Part shown: piece by piece, positions 41,441-54,631 of the stretch
How the letters are laid out: each line of letters begins with the position of its first letter
How positions within the stretch are numbered: position 1 is the stretch's first letter
NCBI GenBank assembly: GCA_964016885.1
Contig: OZ024742.1
Coordinates: forward strand, 264,182,001-264,246,000
Direction: 5' to 3'
DNA from: Eledone cirrhosa
Taxonomy: Eukaryota
DNA length: 64,000 nt
Position numbers and translations under genes: made by a program
The notes under the pieces: model-generated
Told to the model about the DNA's origin: nothing
Seen by the model: the letters and a program-made list of their open reading frames with translations, nothing else
The model's database searches: none

Positions 41441-41465
41441 GTATATATATATATATATGTATGCT

Positions 41466-41840
41466 TCAGGCATAACTATACAGATATGTATAGAAATTTT
41501 GTATCTCTAAAGAAACACTATGTTTACATACCGTTTAAAAAACATCGGGGCTAACGTCCTCTGGTGGTGTCCAGCCTCATTTACACTGACGAGAAAGCTA
41601 TATATTCTCGGCTGTTTTCAGCAGTCGCAAGTGTGGGGTGGGGGGTATCGTCCTGATAAGAACCAGTTAAGTTTGAAATGCATTGACTGCTGGACACCAC
41701 CAGAGGGCGATAGCCCAGTGAGTTTTGCATAACTTAGGCTTTCTAAATGTTTACCTGTAAACATACCGTGTTTCTTTAGAAATGCGAAATTTCTATACAT
41801 ATCAGTATACAGCTATGCCTGAGACTAAATCCTAATTCTA
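41466..41840 (+). mobile_element. Hammerhead-bearing element with inverted copy of its 3' part
   Basis: 41466-41575 is an inverted copy of 41689-41822; degenerate HHR gtc CTGATAA gaac cagttaa gttt GAAA TGCA TT gac at 41650-41687; same family as 19510-19773. Confidence 0.75.
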
Positions 41841-42579
41841 TATATATATATATATATTTGTAGGCAACAGATTTTCTTTCAAACATGCTATATTGAAAAC
41901 ATGACTATACTTCCAGTTTGATTATTCTTATTGCAAATATTTATATTAACATTTTAACATTTCAAAGCCTTCACAACCCCAACTTCAAATTCAGAATGTT
42001 TGTGCTGTGGTGTATTAGACACATGCTTATCAGTTGTTATGAAATATCATGGGAAAAGTAGGAGATCATGGGCACCTGATTTAAAATGTATCAATGGTTG
42101 TAACAGGGTAGTTATTATAAATGATTTAATTTATACTATATGTGTGTTAAAGTTTGATTTATATTCTAATATTAGTAGAGCTTCCATAGTTGTTCACTTT
42201 GATTTATGTGAAATTCTATATAGAATTGTAGTTTTATTAACTAATGTAGTCCTAACTGGTTCTTTTGCATTTCTCTTCTCAAGTCAACTTTACCAAATGT
42301 TCTAAACTTAATAATTAAGATACAAAATCTGATGCAGCAAACTATTGATTAAAAACATTAAAAGGGCAAGAATGTGTTAGTGGAATACTTTTCCTCTGTG
42401 TTGTGATGGACATCATATTTTTTCCCAGTTGGTTTCTCCCTTCAGTGATCAGCAAAATGTCAACAACTGATTCTCATTAAAAAATAATTAATAACCAGCT
42501 TGCATAAACCAAGACAAAGCTCACAATTGTGTGCATATATATATTCATATCTGAATGCATGTGTATATATAATTATATA

Positions 42580-43690
42580 TGAGTACACACAGGAAGACAT
42601 TTATTTAACTCGGATCAGCACAAAATTCTAGTCACCCTCAAAGTTGGATCCTCCAACTTCAATCCACTTGTAGCATTTGAGCCACTCCTGAAATCCCCCT
42701 TGGTCCTCCAAAGTTAAGGTGTCCAGGGTGCTTGTCACAGCCTACTTCATCTCCTCCACTTCTTCAAAGCAAATACCCCTGAACTTCTCCTTCAGCTTTC
42801 GGAACATTCATAAGTTGTATGGGGCTAAATCTGGATTGTAGGGAGGGTGAAAGACAGTCTTGATACCCATATTGATCAAGTAGTTGGTCACCATGATGGA
42901 TTTGTGGCAGGGGGCATTTTCCTGGTGCAGGTGCCACTGATTAAATTTGAAGAGTTCTGGTCTCTTGTGATGAAATCTCTGTCTTAACTACCTCAAAACC
43001 TTTACTTTGTTGACTGTCTGGCCATGGGGTACCCTGTACATGTAGATGATGCCTTTGCTGTTGAAAAATGGGATCAACATGAGCTTCCCAGTGGACCTGC
43101 TTTGGCTGGCCTTCTTGGGTCTTGGGGAGTCAGAATATTTTCACTGGGCACTCTGTCTCTTGGTCTCTGGATCACAAAAGTAGACCCAGTTCTCATCACA
43201 GGTTACCAGAGAGTCAAGGACACAGGGATTCAAAGTGATCCACTTGACTATCTCCCTGCTGTCATCAACAGCACTCTGAGAACAAACTTTGCACAGACTT
43301 TGCTTATGTTCAGATCATCATGACTGACTGTACACAGTGCCCTCAGCCTCTTCAAATTGTTTAGTAATCATCAGAAGAGATGCACGGCAGTCAAGAGAAT
43401 TGCGAATTTTGTCATTCAACTTTGGTGTCCTGATGTCCCTCTCCCTGCCACACCTCTCGCCATCCCTCACCTTCTCCCAGCCCTCCTGGAATCACTTGTG
43501 TTAGCAGAAAACAGTCGCCTGGCTCATGAAAGTTAGTCCCCAAGCAGCTTTGCCAAGCTTGACTAAACTTTATTGCATATCGAGCTTCCAAATTATCCTC
43601 ATGTCCTGACTGCATTATGGAACCAGTCAGCTGTGGCAAGATATTTATGATGGATAGTGTTAAAAGTGCTGTAGCAGCCCAAACCTTCAG
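42580..43690 (-). mobile_element. Mariner transposase pseudogene
   Basis: EARYAIKF, LVTCDENWVYFCDPETKRQS, WHLHQENAPCHKS, HPPYNPDLAP (mariner YSPDLAP); stops and frameshifts. Confidence 0.9.
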
Positions 43691-44286
43691 CATGGAAAAA
43701 ACAGATTTGGTATTTTAGCTTATTATAGACATATCGAGGTTATATTAGAGTGACAATTACATAGGTCAATGAAAAGTGCCTGAAAAGAAAGTCTCAAAAC
43801 CTCTTGAGTTTAAAGTGGCAGTGCAAAATACACCTGATTTAATCTTTGAAGTAGTTGGTGTTAGGAAGGGCATTCAGCCATAAAAATCATGCCAAATATG
43901 AAATATATATAAAAGATAAGGTCTCTCTAACCTGCCTAGTCTCAAACCATGACAACCAGTCAAAACCATACCAGTGTGGTAACTGGATGTAAGATGATTA
44001 TGATATATACATACATATGTATGTGTGAGTGCATGTGTGTTCATTCACAAGCATCATGTATACTGATAAATACATGTTTATATATAAACATAAAATATAT
44101 ATTATTAACATAATATATAGTACTGATTATACAAACTGAAATAATTTATAAAGCTTTACAATAAGGATTTGTGCTAAACAATTTATTTCACCCATTTTCC
44201 ATAATGTATTGTCTAAATGGGTGCTATTTAAGTGTAAAAAGCCCATATGTTATTGAAAATGACTGAATATATATATATATATATAT

Positions 44287-44885
44287 CATCATCATCATCG
44301 TTTAACGTCCATGTTCCACGCTTGCATGGGTTTGGACGGGAGTTTTCCCACTTGAGGCAAGTGTGGTTGTCTTGCTCGCATAGGACTGTCTGGCGGGTTT
44401 TCTACGGCTGGATGCCCTTCCTAACACCAACCACATTTACAGTGTGGGGCTGGGAGGTTTTTACCGTGTTGCCTACACGGCCACATTACAGCGTGGACTG
44501 TGTGTTTTTTTGTCGTGACACCTACACAATCTCATTTGTTTCGGCCTGGATGTTGTGGCACCAACATAACTTTACATTGAAAGGGGCGGTGTGGATGGGG
44601 TTGGGGGTGGTGGGACGGGGGTGTATTTTGTTAGAGATGCCTACTGACTGTAGTAAGTTTTACTTTGTATTTAGGTAAGGCCGGTCTTCTCTATTACTGA
44701 GTACCGCCAAAGATCTCGGTCCAGTGACATTGTCTTGGAGAGGTGTAAGCGTGTGAGGTCGGAATTTATCAGGTCGTCCCAGGTTTTTCTGGATCTGCCT
44801 ACTCCGTGGCTACCGTCTATCTTTATTGCCCTGCACTTTTAAATACAGCTGTCGTCTTTCATGCGCATCACATGACCATACCAAC
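44287..44885 (-). mobile_element. SINE plus adjacent RTE LINE 3' ORF fragment
   Basis: SINE tail at 44287-44435; 44670-44885 minus WYGHVMRMKDD..GRSRKTWDD. Confidence 0.75.
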
Positions 44886-45584
44886 ATATATATATATATA
44901 TATCATCATCACTGTTTTACGTCGATTTTAACCACACTAGCAAGCGTTAGACAGATTGTCCTGTTGTGGGCAATGCCAGGTCAGGTGACCATCACCATCA
45001 TCATTATCCCCACCATCATCATCATCATCATCAGTTTCACATCTGTTTTTCCATACTGGCAAGGGCTGGATGAATTTTTTTGAGACAGAAATCTATGGCT
45101 GGATGCACTTTCTGATGCCAACCCTCACATTTTTAAAGTAAAGTACAGATCTTCACACACCTAAATTCTGAGCCATGCCAGTAACTATGTTGATGATGAT
45201 GATGATAATAATTGTTTCTACTTTTGAAACAAGGCCAAAAATTTGAAGGGAAGGACAAAGTTGATTAAATTGACCCTACAGTATTACTGGTACTTTATTT
45301 CATTAATCCCATAAGGCAAAGTTAGCTTCTGTGTGCCATAACTATATGCTACAAAATATATTGTCTGATGCTCTACTATTACTGCTAATCCACCAACATA
45401 ATGATGAGGATAATGACAAGTTTTTCTAGCATTGGCATTAATTATATTGACCCAGTATTTCACTGGAACCTTATTTTATCAACCCCAAAAGAATGATAGG
45501 TTGAACTCAGAATGTAAAGAGCATGAACAAATGCTCTAAAGTATCTTATCCAGTGCTCTAATGGTTCTGCCAATCCACTGTAGC

Positions 45585-45617
<33 letters not shown>

Positions 45618-46314
45618 TTTGGGGAGGGGAAATTCGATTAAATTGACCTCAATTGGTTACTGCAGCTTTATTTTATTAACCCAAAGCATATTGTTTGATG
45701 CTCTACCAATACTGCCACTTTTTGTTTTTTATTGTTTACATAAGCTTACTTTTGGCAACACTTCTCTTGGCAAACCCTGGATCCATCCCACCCACATTAT
45801 CGCACCACTAGGCATCTCTGGTAGACCAATAAAGTACCATGAATGATAATAGCCTCTCACTTTAACCAACAAAATAATTGTTTCTACTTTTCGCATAAGG
45901 CCACCAATTACCCAGTGTATTACTGGTACTTTATTTTATTGACCCCATAAGGATGAAAGGCAAAGTTAACCTCGGCGGGATTTGAACTCAGAATGGCAAG
46001 GGCCGTAACTCAATGTGTCAAAGCATGGTGTCCGACCCTCTACCGATACTGCCAATCCACCCACAAAATAATGATAGTCCAGCACAAGAGAGAGGTCAGA
46101 AATATCTCACTATGACTGGGATGCTGCTGAAATGAAAACAAGTTAGACATCTCAGGGTGGTGTGAGCACTGGGAAGGACAGCAGACAAAGGAGCAGCTTT
46201 GATGATGTTAACTTTGTATATGGAAATAATAGTGATGGTGGCGGTGGTGTTGATAGTGGGGATGGTGATGGTGGTGATGGTGATGGTGATGGTAATGGTA
46301 ATAATAGTAATAAT

Positions 46315-48240
46315 TGGTCGGGTTGTCAGCGACTAAACCAGCAACCTCACCAAGCTCACTTAGTGAAGAGGGTGATGTTTGGATATCTTGCAGGATGAAA
46401 AACAAAACTCGTCAAAGGGTGGAGGAACTCAAGTGATTCAACGGCTATCCAAAAATTTGTAAAATCTCCAGCTGCAGAGTACGAAATACTGGATTGGTGA
46501 TCAGCGCAGGATAGCTTCCTTCAATTTTAAGGTTTGGGGGCCCATTAAAGTCGTTTACATCACCCTCTAGAGATGGTATCTAAAAAACTCAACACTTGTC
46601 ATAGTGGAACCTTAAAACCACTAAACTGAATGAGTGAAATAAATCAAAACATTTGTTTACACAAAGGTGTGAATGGTGCTGGAGCTTCTAATGAAGGTGC
46701 CTCATCTAGCAGGTGCTCTGTGGTTAGGCAGCACAGGCCTGGTCATTATCATGATACTGCTAGAATAAAGTGGAGGCACGTGGCCTAGTGGTAAGAGTGT
46801 TGGACTTACGATCATAATGTTGTGGGTTCGATTCCTGGGTTGCGTGTTGTGTTCTTGAGCAAAACACTTCATTTCACGTTGCTCCAGTATACTCAGCTGA
46901 AAATGAGTACCAGCAATAGCTGGAGGTTTAACCCTGTGATGGACTGGTGTCCTGTCCAGGGGGGAGTCTTGTACTCTCAGTCGCTTCACGCCATGAAACC
47001 GGGATAAGAACCGGCCAAATGAGCCTTCTGGCTTAAGACAGACTTTAGACTTTAGCTAGAATAAAGTGGAGTAAGGAGGTAAAGAAGGCTGTTATCGAGT
47101 GTTATTTTAGAAGCAGGTCTGAGAATGAAAATGGTGTGCCAAATAGAGGATATAGACAAAGGATGTTATGAGTATAGCAGGAGATGGGGCTTTTTGAATC
47201 AACTGAACAGAGGATTTTTGATCAGGCAAGGGCAATATGCAAAAATGGATGGCTATCTGAGATCAAGATGAAAATGATAAAGAAAAAGATAAGCCAGAAG
47301 TGTGTGGAGGATATAGAAGCTCAGGATGCTGGAGATTCAAATATAGATGAAAGTATGGAAAACGATGGAACCCAACAGGAAGAAGAGGAACTGAATATTC
47401 AAGATGATGAAGGAGGTAACATTAACATTGATGAACTGAAGGACATTTCAGAAAAAGTCAGACAGATGATCTCTAAATCAGGAGGCAATAATTATAACAT
47501 TTTTAAAAAGCAAACCAATGTCAGCTAAAAGGAATAACTAACAAAGTAAACATCCTTGACAAGGTGTCAACTTGAACCATCACAGAAACCAACAATCTCA
47601 TCAGCACTGTAACTATCTACAATGCTAAAGAGTTAGGTCTGAAACAGACTACACAAAAGCAGATCAAGGAACCATGGTGGAAAAGGAAAATTGAAGAGGA
47701 CTTCAAAATGCTTAGGAAAGATATCAATATTCTAGAAAGGTAAAAACAAGGTGTATTAAAAAAGGGGGAAGATTGAAGAACTAACAGGGAAGTACAATAT
47801 CAGGAAAAAGAAGATTACTGCAGTAACTGAGGAGCTGAAACAAAAGGTACTTGCCAGAGCTGCAAAGATTAAGAGCTATGAACAATGGATCACACACTAT
47901 AAACAGAATATACGTATCTAACAAAATCAGAAGAGATTCTATCAGGAGGTAAATGGCATGGTTAGGAATGATAATGTATTCCCTGAAATGGATGAAAATA
48001 AGAAGTTTGGGAGTGATATCTGGAGTGTTGTAAAAGAGCACAATAGAAGTATGGAGTGGCTAACTAACATCAAATATGACATTGGGGATAATCAACAGGG
48101 AGAATTGGAGATAACTGATATAGTAACTCTCCAGTGTAGAAAGATACCAAATTAGAAAGCTCCCAGCAGAGACGGTGTGCAAGGGTTCTGGTTGAAAAAT
48201 CTGAGGGCCCTTCATGGGAGAATTGCTGACCATCCAGTGT
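46315..48240 (+). mobile_element. R4/Dong-clade non-LTR element, 5' half (degraded)
   Basis: [66 protein letters not shown]. Confidence 0.85.
46772..47054 (+). mobile_element. Full-length tRNA-derived SINE (third family) with TSD, inserted in the Dong ORF
   Basis: A box TGGCCTAGTGG, B box GGTTCGATTCC, (agacttt) tail; gctagaataaagtggag duplicated at 46759-46775 and 47055-47071. Confidence 0.9.
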
Positions 48241-49475
48241 GACCATTTTGTCATGGCTAGAAAGCCATATCTCAGACCTGACTGATAGCATTACCATACC
48301 TTTTGAGTTTACTTTTTATAGTTATCTAGTCCTATAGATTACAAAACATCTAAATGGTTGCTCAACTAACTAGAAATAGCAGCCATATCCCCATTCAAAT
48401 CACATCCGACCATCCTAAAAGCCAAAGAACAGATTTGACAATGTAATCCTGGAAATATAAAAGAGAGGGCATATGATCATGGCTGAAAATACTTTTGATC
48501 ATAGTTCTGTTCAATGATGGCTTACATAGGGACGGGCAACAACAATATCATCAAACTAGGGTCAGAACTTACCCTTAGTTTGCAGTATGTGATAAGATGT
48601 GACTTACTTCACTCACTAAGATAAGTTAGAAATCTCCCTCAAGCAATTCTCTCAGGAGAGCCTGCTACCACTCTCTATCTCTCCAAACATCAATATGAAA
48701 TGAAAAGATAGGTTAAATTAACTGCACTACCCCAAAGTCAATGAAGCAACTCTAGACGATTTTAACTTATCATCCCTTTTGATATCAAACTATTTGAAAC
48801 TGCCCCTGGTTCTATGACACAAAGCTATTTGTTTTAAAGTGTTTATATTTATCAAAAACCTTTCCATTATAATTTTATATAAAAACATTTCATTTTGGCT
48901 ATTTTAATAATTATTTGAAAATCATATGCAGTGTTTGTTTTTTTGTTGTTTTTTTGTTTTTTCTATTAGAAATCCAGTAATGAAAGAGTTAATGATGAGA
49001 ATTAGTAAAATAGCATGTTAATCAGTTGGTCACTCTGCTTCTACAATTCGTTTTATTAAACAGAAAGAATTCAATTCAACCATCCAAATAGATTTTTTTT
49101 TCCATTTAACAATATTCTGTGTAATTGGAGACAGGCAGTTGCAATTCCATACATTATCAGTTATGCACCCAAATATTTGAAAAGTGCACACTAAAAATGC
49201 AATCAAATTATTGATCCACACACACACCACAACACACACACCAACCAAAACTCAATCAATTAGCAGCAGTGACAGAGTGCAGTCTTCTAGTCCCATCTAC
49301 TGTAGTTTATGGTGTGATAAGTGCACAAGCTACAACTAGAATAAAACTAATATGTTTCCAATTAATAAAGAACAGTCCACATGGATGTTGTTTGTATCTG
49401 GTTTTTATAGTAATGATAGATATATGAGAAAGTAATATCTCTCTGTATAACCCAAAATTATATTAGGAATAGCTT

Positions 49476-49669
49476 GGAGGGCGGTGGATTGGCAGTATCG
49501 GTAGAGGGTCAGACGCCATGCTTTGAAGGATAGAGTTACCTCCCTTTATGATCTGAGTTCAAATCCCGCTGAGGTTAACTTTGCCTTTTATCCTTATGGG
49601 GTGGATAAAATAAAGTACCAGTAATACACTGGAATAATTGCTGGCCTTGTGCCAAAAGTAGAAACAATT
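49476..49669 (+). mobile_element. Young SINE copy with 20-bp TSD
   Basis: aattatattaggaatagctt at 49456-49475 and 49666-49685. Confidence 0.9.
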
Positions 49670-49754
49670 ATATTAGGAATAGCTTTATCAGTACAGCAAA
49701 ACAACAAATCACTCTGCAATTCCATATTTGTGCCACAGGTTGTCACAGTGAGTT

Positions 49755-50158
49755 ATACTGCCCCTGTAGTATCCTAGTTGTAGTTAGGTGGACTGTATGG
49801 ACTTCTAAGGATTCTATTTAGAGATAGGTGAACTGTTCTTCATTATGCAGCCTACTAACATCTAGGTGGTCTATCCTCACAGCATTACCTAGAAACAAAC
49901 AGATGAACTGTACCTCACTGTAGCATCTATTAACCTGTACATGGATTAAACTTCACTGTTGTACCTAATAATTGCTAGGTCGGCTATACATTGCTGTGGT
50001 CCTACTTACAGCTGTAGATTGTACATCACTATCGTTCTGACTTATAGCTATGTACACTGTACTTCAGTGTGGTACCTACTTACAGCTAGCTTGACTGTAC
50101 TTCACTGTGGTACCTATTGAGAGTTAAGTGGATTCAGCTATTGAAAGCTAAGTGCATT
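49755..50158. repeat. Degenerate 38-bp minisatellite (about 10 units)
   Basis: Consensus close to ctgtacttcactgtggtacctacttacagctaggtgga; best units start at 50057 and 50095. Confidence 0.8.
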
Positions 50159-51191
50159 AGTTACATATATAAAGTGATTTGAGGGAAAAGATATGAACAA
50201 CTGATTAATTGGCTAGTTTTCTCATATCTTATAGATCAGGTCTGTTTGGTCGACATTTCACCAATCCTAATTGATTTTACTTTTTGGCACAAGGCCAATA
50301 ATTTGAAGGGAAGGGGAATGTCAATTAAATTGACACCAGTGTGTTAATGGCGCTTTATTTTATTGACCCTGGAAGGATGACAGGCAATTTTGACCTCGAT
50401 GGGATTTGAACTCAGAATGTAGAAAGCCACAACTAAATGCCACAAAGCATTTTATCTAACACTCAAACAATTTTAATATAATTTCAAATAATTTAAATAT
50501 AATCTTTGTTTATCCATCATTCTTGGAATGTTTGTAATTTTCTTATTACATACACACACATGTGCCTACTCACACACACATGTGCCTACTCTCTCACACA
50601 CATACACATAAACTCCTGAATGAAGATCAAATGCTTATAGTCTTTCTGCACAGTAATGCTTTCCTGAATATATACATATAGGAAGCTACATATATGATTT
50701 CTTAATTTCCCAAATCTCCATTTTATTCAATACTATATTTGTAGTATTTGAATGAGGATGATATTATGAATTGTTTGAACCAAATACATCTATAATAATC
50801 TGTAACATTATTTATTTATTTATTTATTTTATATTTTAAGTTAACTACTTTTCTTTTCAAAATTAGTATTCATATCATTATTTTGTGTAAACACGATGAA
50901 ATTTAAAATAATTAAAATTATGATTATTTTGGCCACAAATTGGCAGAATTGTTAGAACATCAGATAAATTGCTAGATCAACTTTGCCTTTTATCTTTTTG
51001 AGGTCGATAAATAAAGTATCAATTTAGTACTGGAGTCAATTCATTTTCTATATTTGTTCCTCACATCCTCTCTTTCTCTCTCTCACTCTCACTTTTCTTG
51101 AAAAAATTGGCTCTGTTCAGACCTGGAGAATGATGGGCTCTGACATGTTTAAAATGTTCAAGACACAAAAGACCAAGATTTATGAGTCCAT

Positions 51192-52055
51192 TCATCATCA
51201 TCATCATCATTTTATGTCTGCTTTTCCCTGCTTGCAAGGGTGGGACGGGTCTTATTCAGCACAGCATCTCTCCACTCGTCACGGTCCCCGGTCATCTCCA
51301 CCATGAGCTTCAATGATCTGAGGTCTGTTCTCACCACCTCCGCCCATGTTTTTTGTGGTCTACCTCTACCACGTCTTCCTTCAACTGGCAATTCCTGGCA
51401 CTTCTTCACCCAACGGTCATCCTCCATGCGCATCACATGTCCAAACCACCTCAGTCTCCTCTCCCGTACACTACATTCTGTCCCTCTCAGACACAGTTTC
51501 TCTCTCAACACATTTATGCTGGGTCGTTCACGCACATTTACACTGTACATCCAACGGAGCATGCTTGCCTCATTTCTCTCCAGCCGTCGCATATCCTCTG
51601 CAGTTGCTGCCCATGTCTCACTACCATGCAGCATCGCGCTCCTCACACAGGCATCATGCAACCGGCCTTTCATACGCAGGGAGAAACCCTTCTTCGTCAA
51701 CAGAGGAAGCAGCTCCCTAAACTTCTTCCAACCTGTCCTTATTCTAGATACTATGGCCTCGGAACACCCTCCTCCCATGCTAATCTGATCTCCTAGGTAC
51801 CGGAAGCTATCCACCACTTCTATAGCGCCCTCCTGCATTTGAAAAATGTGTCTATCAATGCGACTTCTACTGTCTAATTTCCCTGTACATCTACTGCATA
51901 TATATTTCTCCCTACCTGTTAGTTTGCCTGCTATCCCGCTACATCTCTTGTGTACCCAGGATCTGCATTGTGTGCATTTTATAGAATTTATGCCAGTTCC
52001 TTTTCTGCATATCGAACATGGCCATTTCCCTGACGGAATCAGGGTTTTGTCCTCT
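51192..52055 (-). mobile_element. 5'-truncated RTE-like LINE with PHD-like finger inside the RT region
   Basis: ORF 51212-51838 (FRYLGD, LRWFGHVMRM, GRGRPQKTW) preceded by WPCSICRKG..CTQCRSWVHKRCSG..CSRC; (GAT)n tail. Confidence 0.9.
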
Positions 52056-53289
52056 TAATAATTATTACATTTGGAAAAGAATACTCCCAAGATATAAAGG
52101 ATATGGTGATATGTGTACCATAGATGTATAGAGATGAAGGAATAAAGAGATACACACATATACACACATACATGCACACACACACACACACACACTCATA
52201 CACACACGCATATATATATGTTACAAATTAATAAAGTTTAACATAGCTAGGACATAAGTTGGCAACAGAAGCTTTGTGGGTCAAATAACCTGAATGCCGT
52301 CATCTTGCATGATAGCTGTTGAAATGGATGTTAAATGATGATGTTGATGATGATGTATGTATGTGTGTGTATGTGTGCATGTGTGTGTGTATGTGCGTGT
52401 GTGTGCACATGCCTCTGTGCATCTGTCAGTGTAGAGAGAGAAGAGCTGGTGCATAACTTAACTTGAATCAATTTTCCCAGCTAACAAGAATGACAGATAG
52501 ATTCTAGTCTGTATTAGTTCTGCAAAATGAATAGCAAGTTAGAAATGACTTAACATTGGTATAAGGAAACACATTTGAAGCAGATGATGGAGGTGGAGGT
52601 GGAGGGTAAGGTGAATTATATCAACTCCAGTAATTAAATGATACTTACTTTACCAGCTTCTGAAAGGATTATAGGCAAAGTCAATCCAAACAATATTTAA
52701 GATCAGAACAAAAAGGGATGTTAGATAAATGAAGCATTTTGTGAAAACTCATCACTGAACTGATTCTGCCAAAGGACTTTTTAAAGTGTTTTGTCATTCT
52801 ACTGTAAATAGCTGCGAAATATCACTCAAATCACACTCCACCATCTTAATAAAAGGATACATTAGATAATGTCATCCTGTGTTCCTTACATATAGGAAAA
52901 AGATGGGATAGTTACTGCTGGACAGTCTTTGATCACAGCTCAGCTTAATCAGAGTTAATCTGGACATTAACAGCAACTACTACTCAAAATATTTTTGCTT
53001 GTGTGAAAAAGTTCCCTTGTCATATTTTAAGCTTTAACAGCAAATGTTAAGGGCTTGGCATATGTAGGTTAGTGAAAATTTGTTTAAAATTGCTTTTTAT
53101 TTGTTCCATGTTGAATATCAATGAAGCCAATAAGGAAATCAATTTGAAATATAATAACAGTGTTGTGGCGTGGCAGCATGTATCTAGGTTATTGAAATAT
53201 TGACTTATAACAAGGAATGTAGCTAGCAACATTGATTGATAATGTTCTTTTGTATTGGATCTCATTGCTGCCACTGACACTGGTGTCAA

Positions 53290-53575
53290 AGATGGTGGGG
53301 ATAATAGCAGTAGTGGTGATAGTGATGATGAGGGTGGCAATGATTATGATGGTAATGATGTTAGGGGCAATGGTGAGTGTGATGATGAGGGTGGTGGTAA
53401 TCATGGTTTTAGTAATGGTGATGTTGATGGTAATGATGGTGACTATGATGATGATGATAATCATAATGATAATGGTGATGATTATGATTATGATTATAGC
53501 AAAGATAATGACGGGCAGGGCGGTAATAGTAATGGTGTTGGCAATAGTGATGGTGGGCATGACAATGATGATGTG
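53290..53575. repeat. Degenerate (GAT/GGT)n trinucleotide low-complexity tract
   Basis: Direct inspection; yields D/G/N-rich and M/V/I-rich spurious ORFs. Confidence 0.85.
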
Positions 53576-54631
53576 GGAAGAAGGCATAGTTGTAATGTAC
53601 ATAGGAAGTCAGAGTGGGCTGAGGTGGTGAGAAGGTTGAAGGTTTGGTCATATGAGTGTGTATGTCAATAGTTATGTGTTTGTGTGCATGTGAGAAAGAG
53701 GAAGTTAGAGTCAATGTATATGCATGAAATGGGGAGAGCTAGTGTGTGGGGAGCTGAGAGTAAAACCAGATATAATGTGGGTATAGCATATGTGTAGGGT
53801 GTGATGGGGGTCACAAAATATAAATGGAATGTGGGGGAGAAAGTACAAGGTCAGTCTGTGTGTATGAGTGTGTGAGTATCTGGAGCAGGAGAACATGGGA
53901 AATCAGAATATGTGTGTGAGTGTCAGTGGCATAAAGCAAGGTATGCCAAGATTGATTGGTTGGGAGTGGGAGAGAGGGTGAGTGTGTGTGAGAGAGAATG
54001 AGTGACTGAGTGAGAGAGATAGATAGAGAGAGTGAGTGAGTGAGTGATGAGAGAGAGAAAGAGAGAGAAAGAGGGAAAGTTTTAATCAGAATAGGAAATA
54101 ACTACCCATAAGTCCATGTTTCTATATCCTCCAACTTCACATGACCAGTTCCTTTTCTCACACACACCAAAACCGAGTTTTCCAGCCTTGATAATCCACA
54201 ACATATTTGGTCTCTAAGCCTGCTAAAATCAGCTCCTAAATATCCTTTAAATCACAACTCATCATCTTACAAAAGGACAGTAAACACTCCACTCAATTTC
54301 AGGGGGGGGGGGGGGTTTCCTCATTTTTTTCATGTGCTATCAACTAATCTAACCTTCAAGATTCTAGCAATCGATTCCGCCGCCGCCCTCCCGCAGAGAA
54401 CAGAGTGTGTGTGTGAGGGTGAGGAGACCCTCAATAGAGTGCATAGCTTGGAGATCAGAGAATCACTTCAGGTAGAGATGCTAGTTATTTGATTTGAGAG
54501 ATCATAGATCTGATACTATGTGCATGTGGTTATAATGTCTTAAGAAAGAATCACTGGACAGATTTTACGGACAAAACTAACTGGCAGGAGACCCAGAGGT
54601 AGACCTCGAGCAAGATGGTTGGATAACATCC

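Larger units (their letters stand above)
34985..41462. repeat. About 6.5-kb compound (TA)n/(TATG)n microsatellite field with embedded elements
   Basis: Direct inspection; source of the long Y/I/M/C/V/H/T-only ORFs. Confidence 0.95.

Noticed and set aside
35025-41554. Very long ORFs (up to 439 aa) of Y/I/M/C/V/H/T
   Set aside because: They are translations of (TA)n/(TATG)n microsatellite, which lacks stop codons in all frames.
47827-47855. CTGAGGA-gct-GAAAC...GTA hammerhead-like string
   Set aside because: No stem II or stem I; it is coding sequence (VTEELKQKV) of the Dong ORF. The CTGACGA at about 58367 (PDEQKG) is rejected for the same reason.
27130-50158. CRISPR-like periodicity in the about 50-bp and 38-bp arrays
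   Set aside because: Whole units are repeated with no unique spacers, there are no cas genes, and the context is eukaryotic.
53189-53714. Overlapping D/G/N-rich, M/V/I-rich and His-rich ORFs
   Set aside because: Products of a degenerate trinucleotide repeat.
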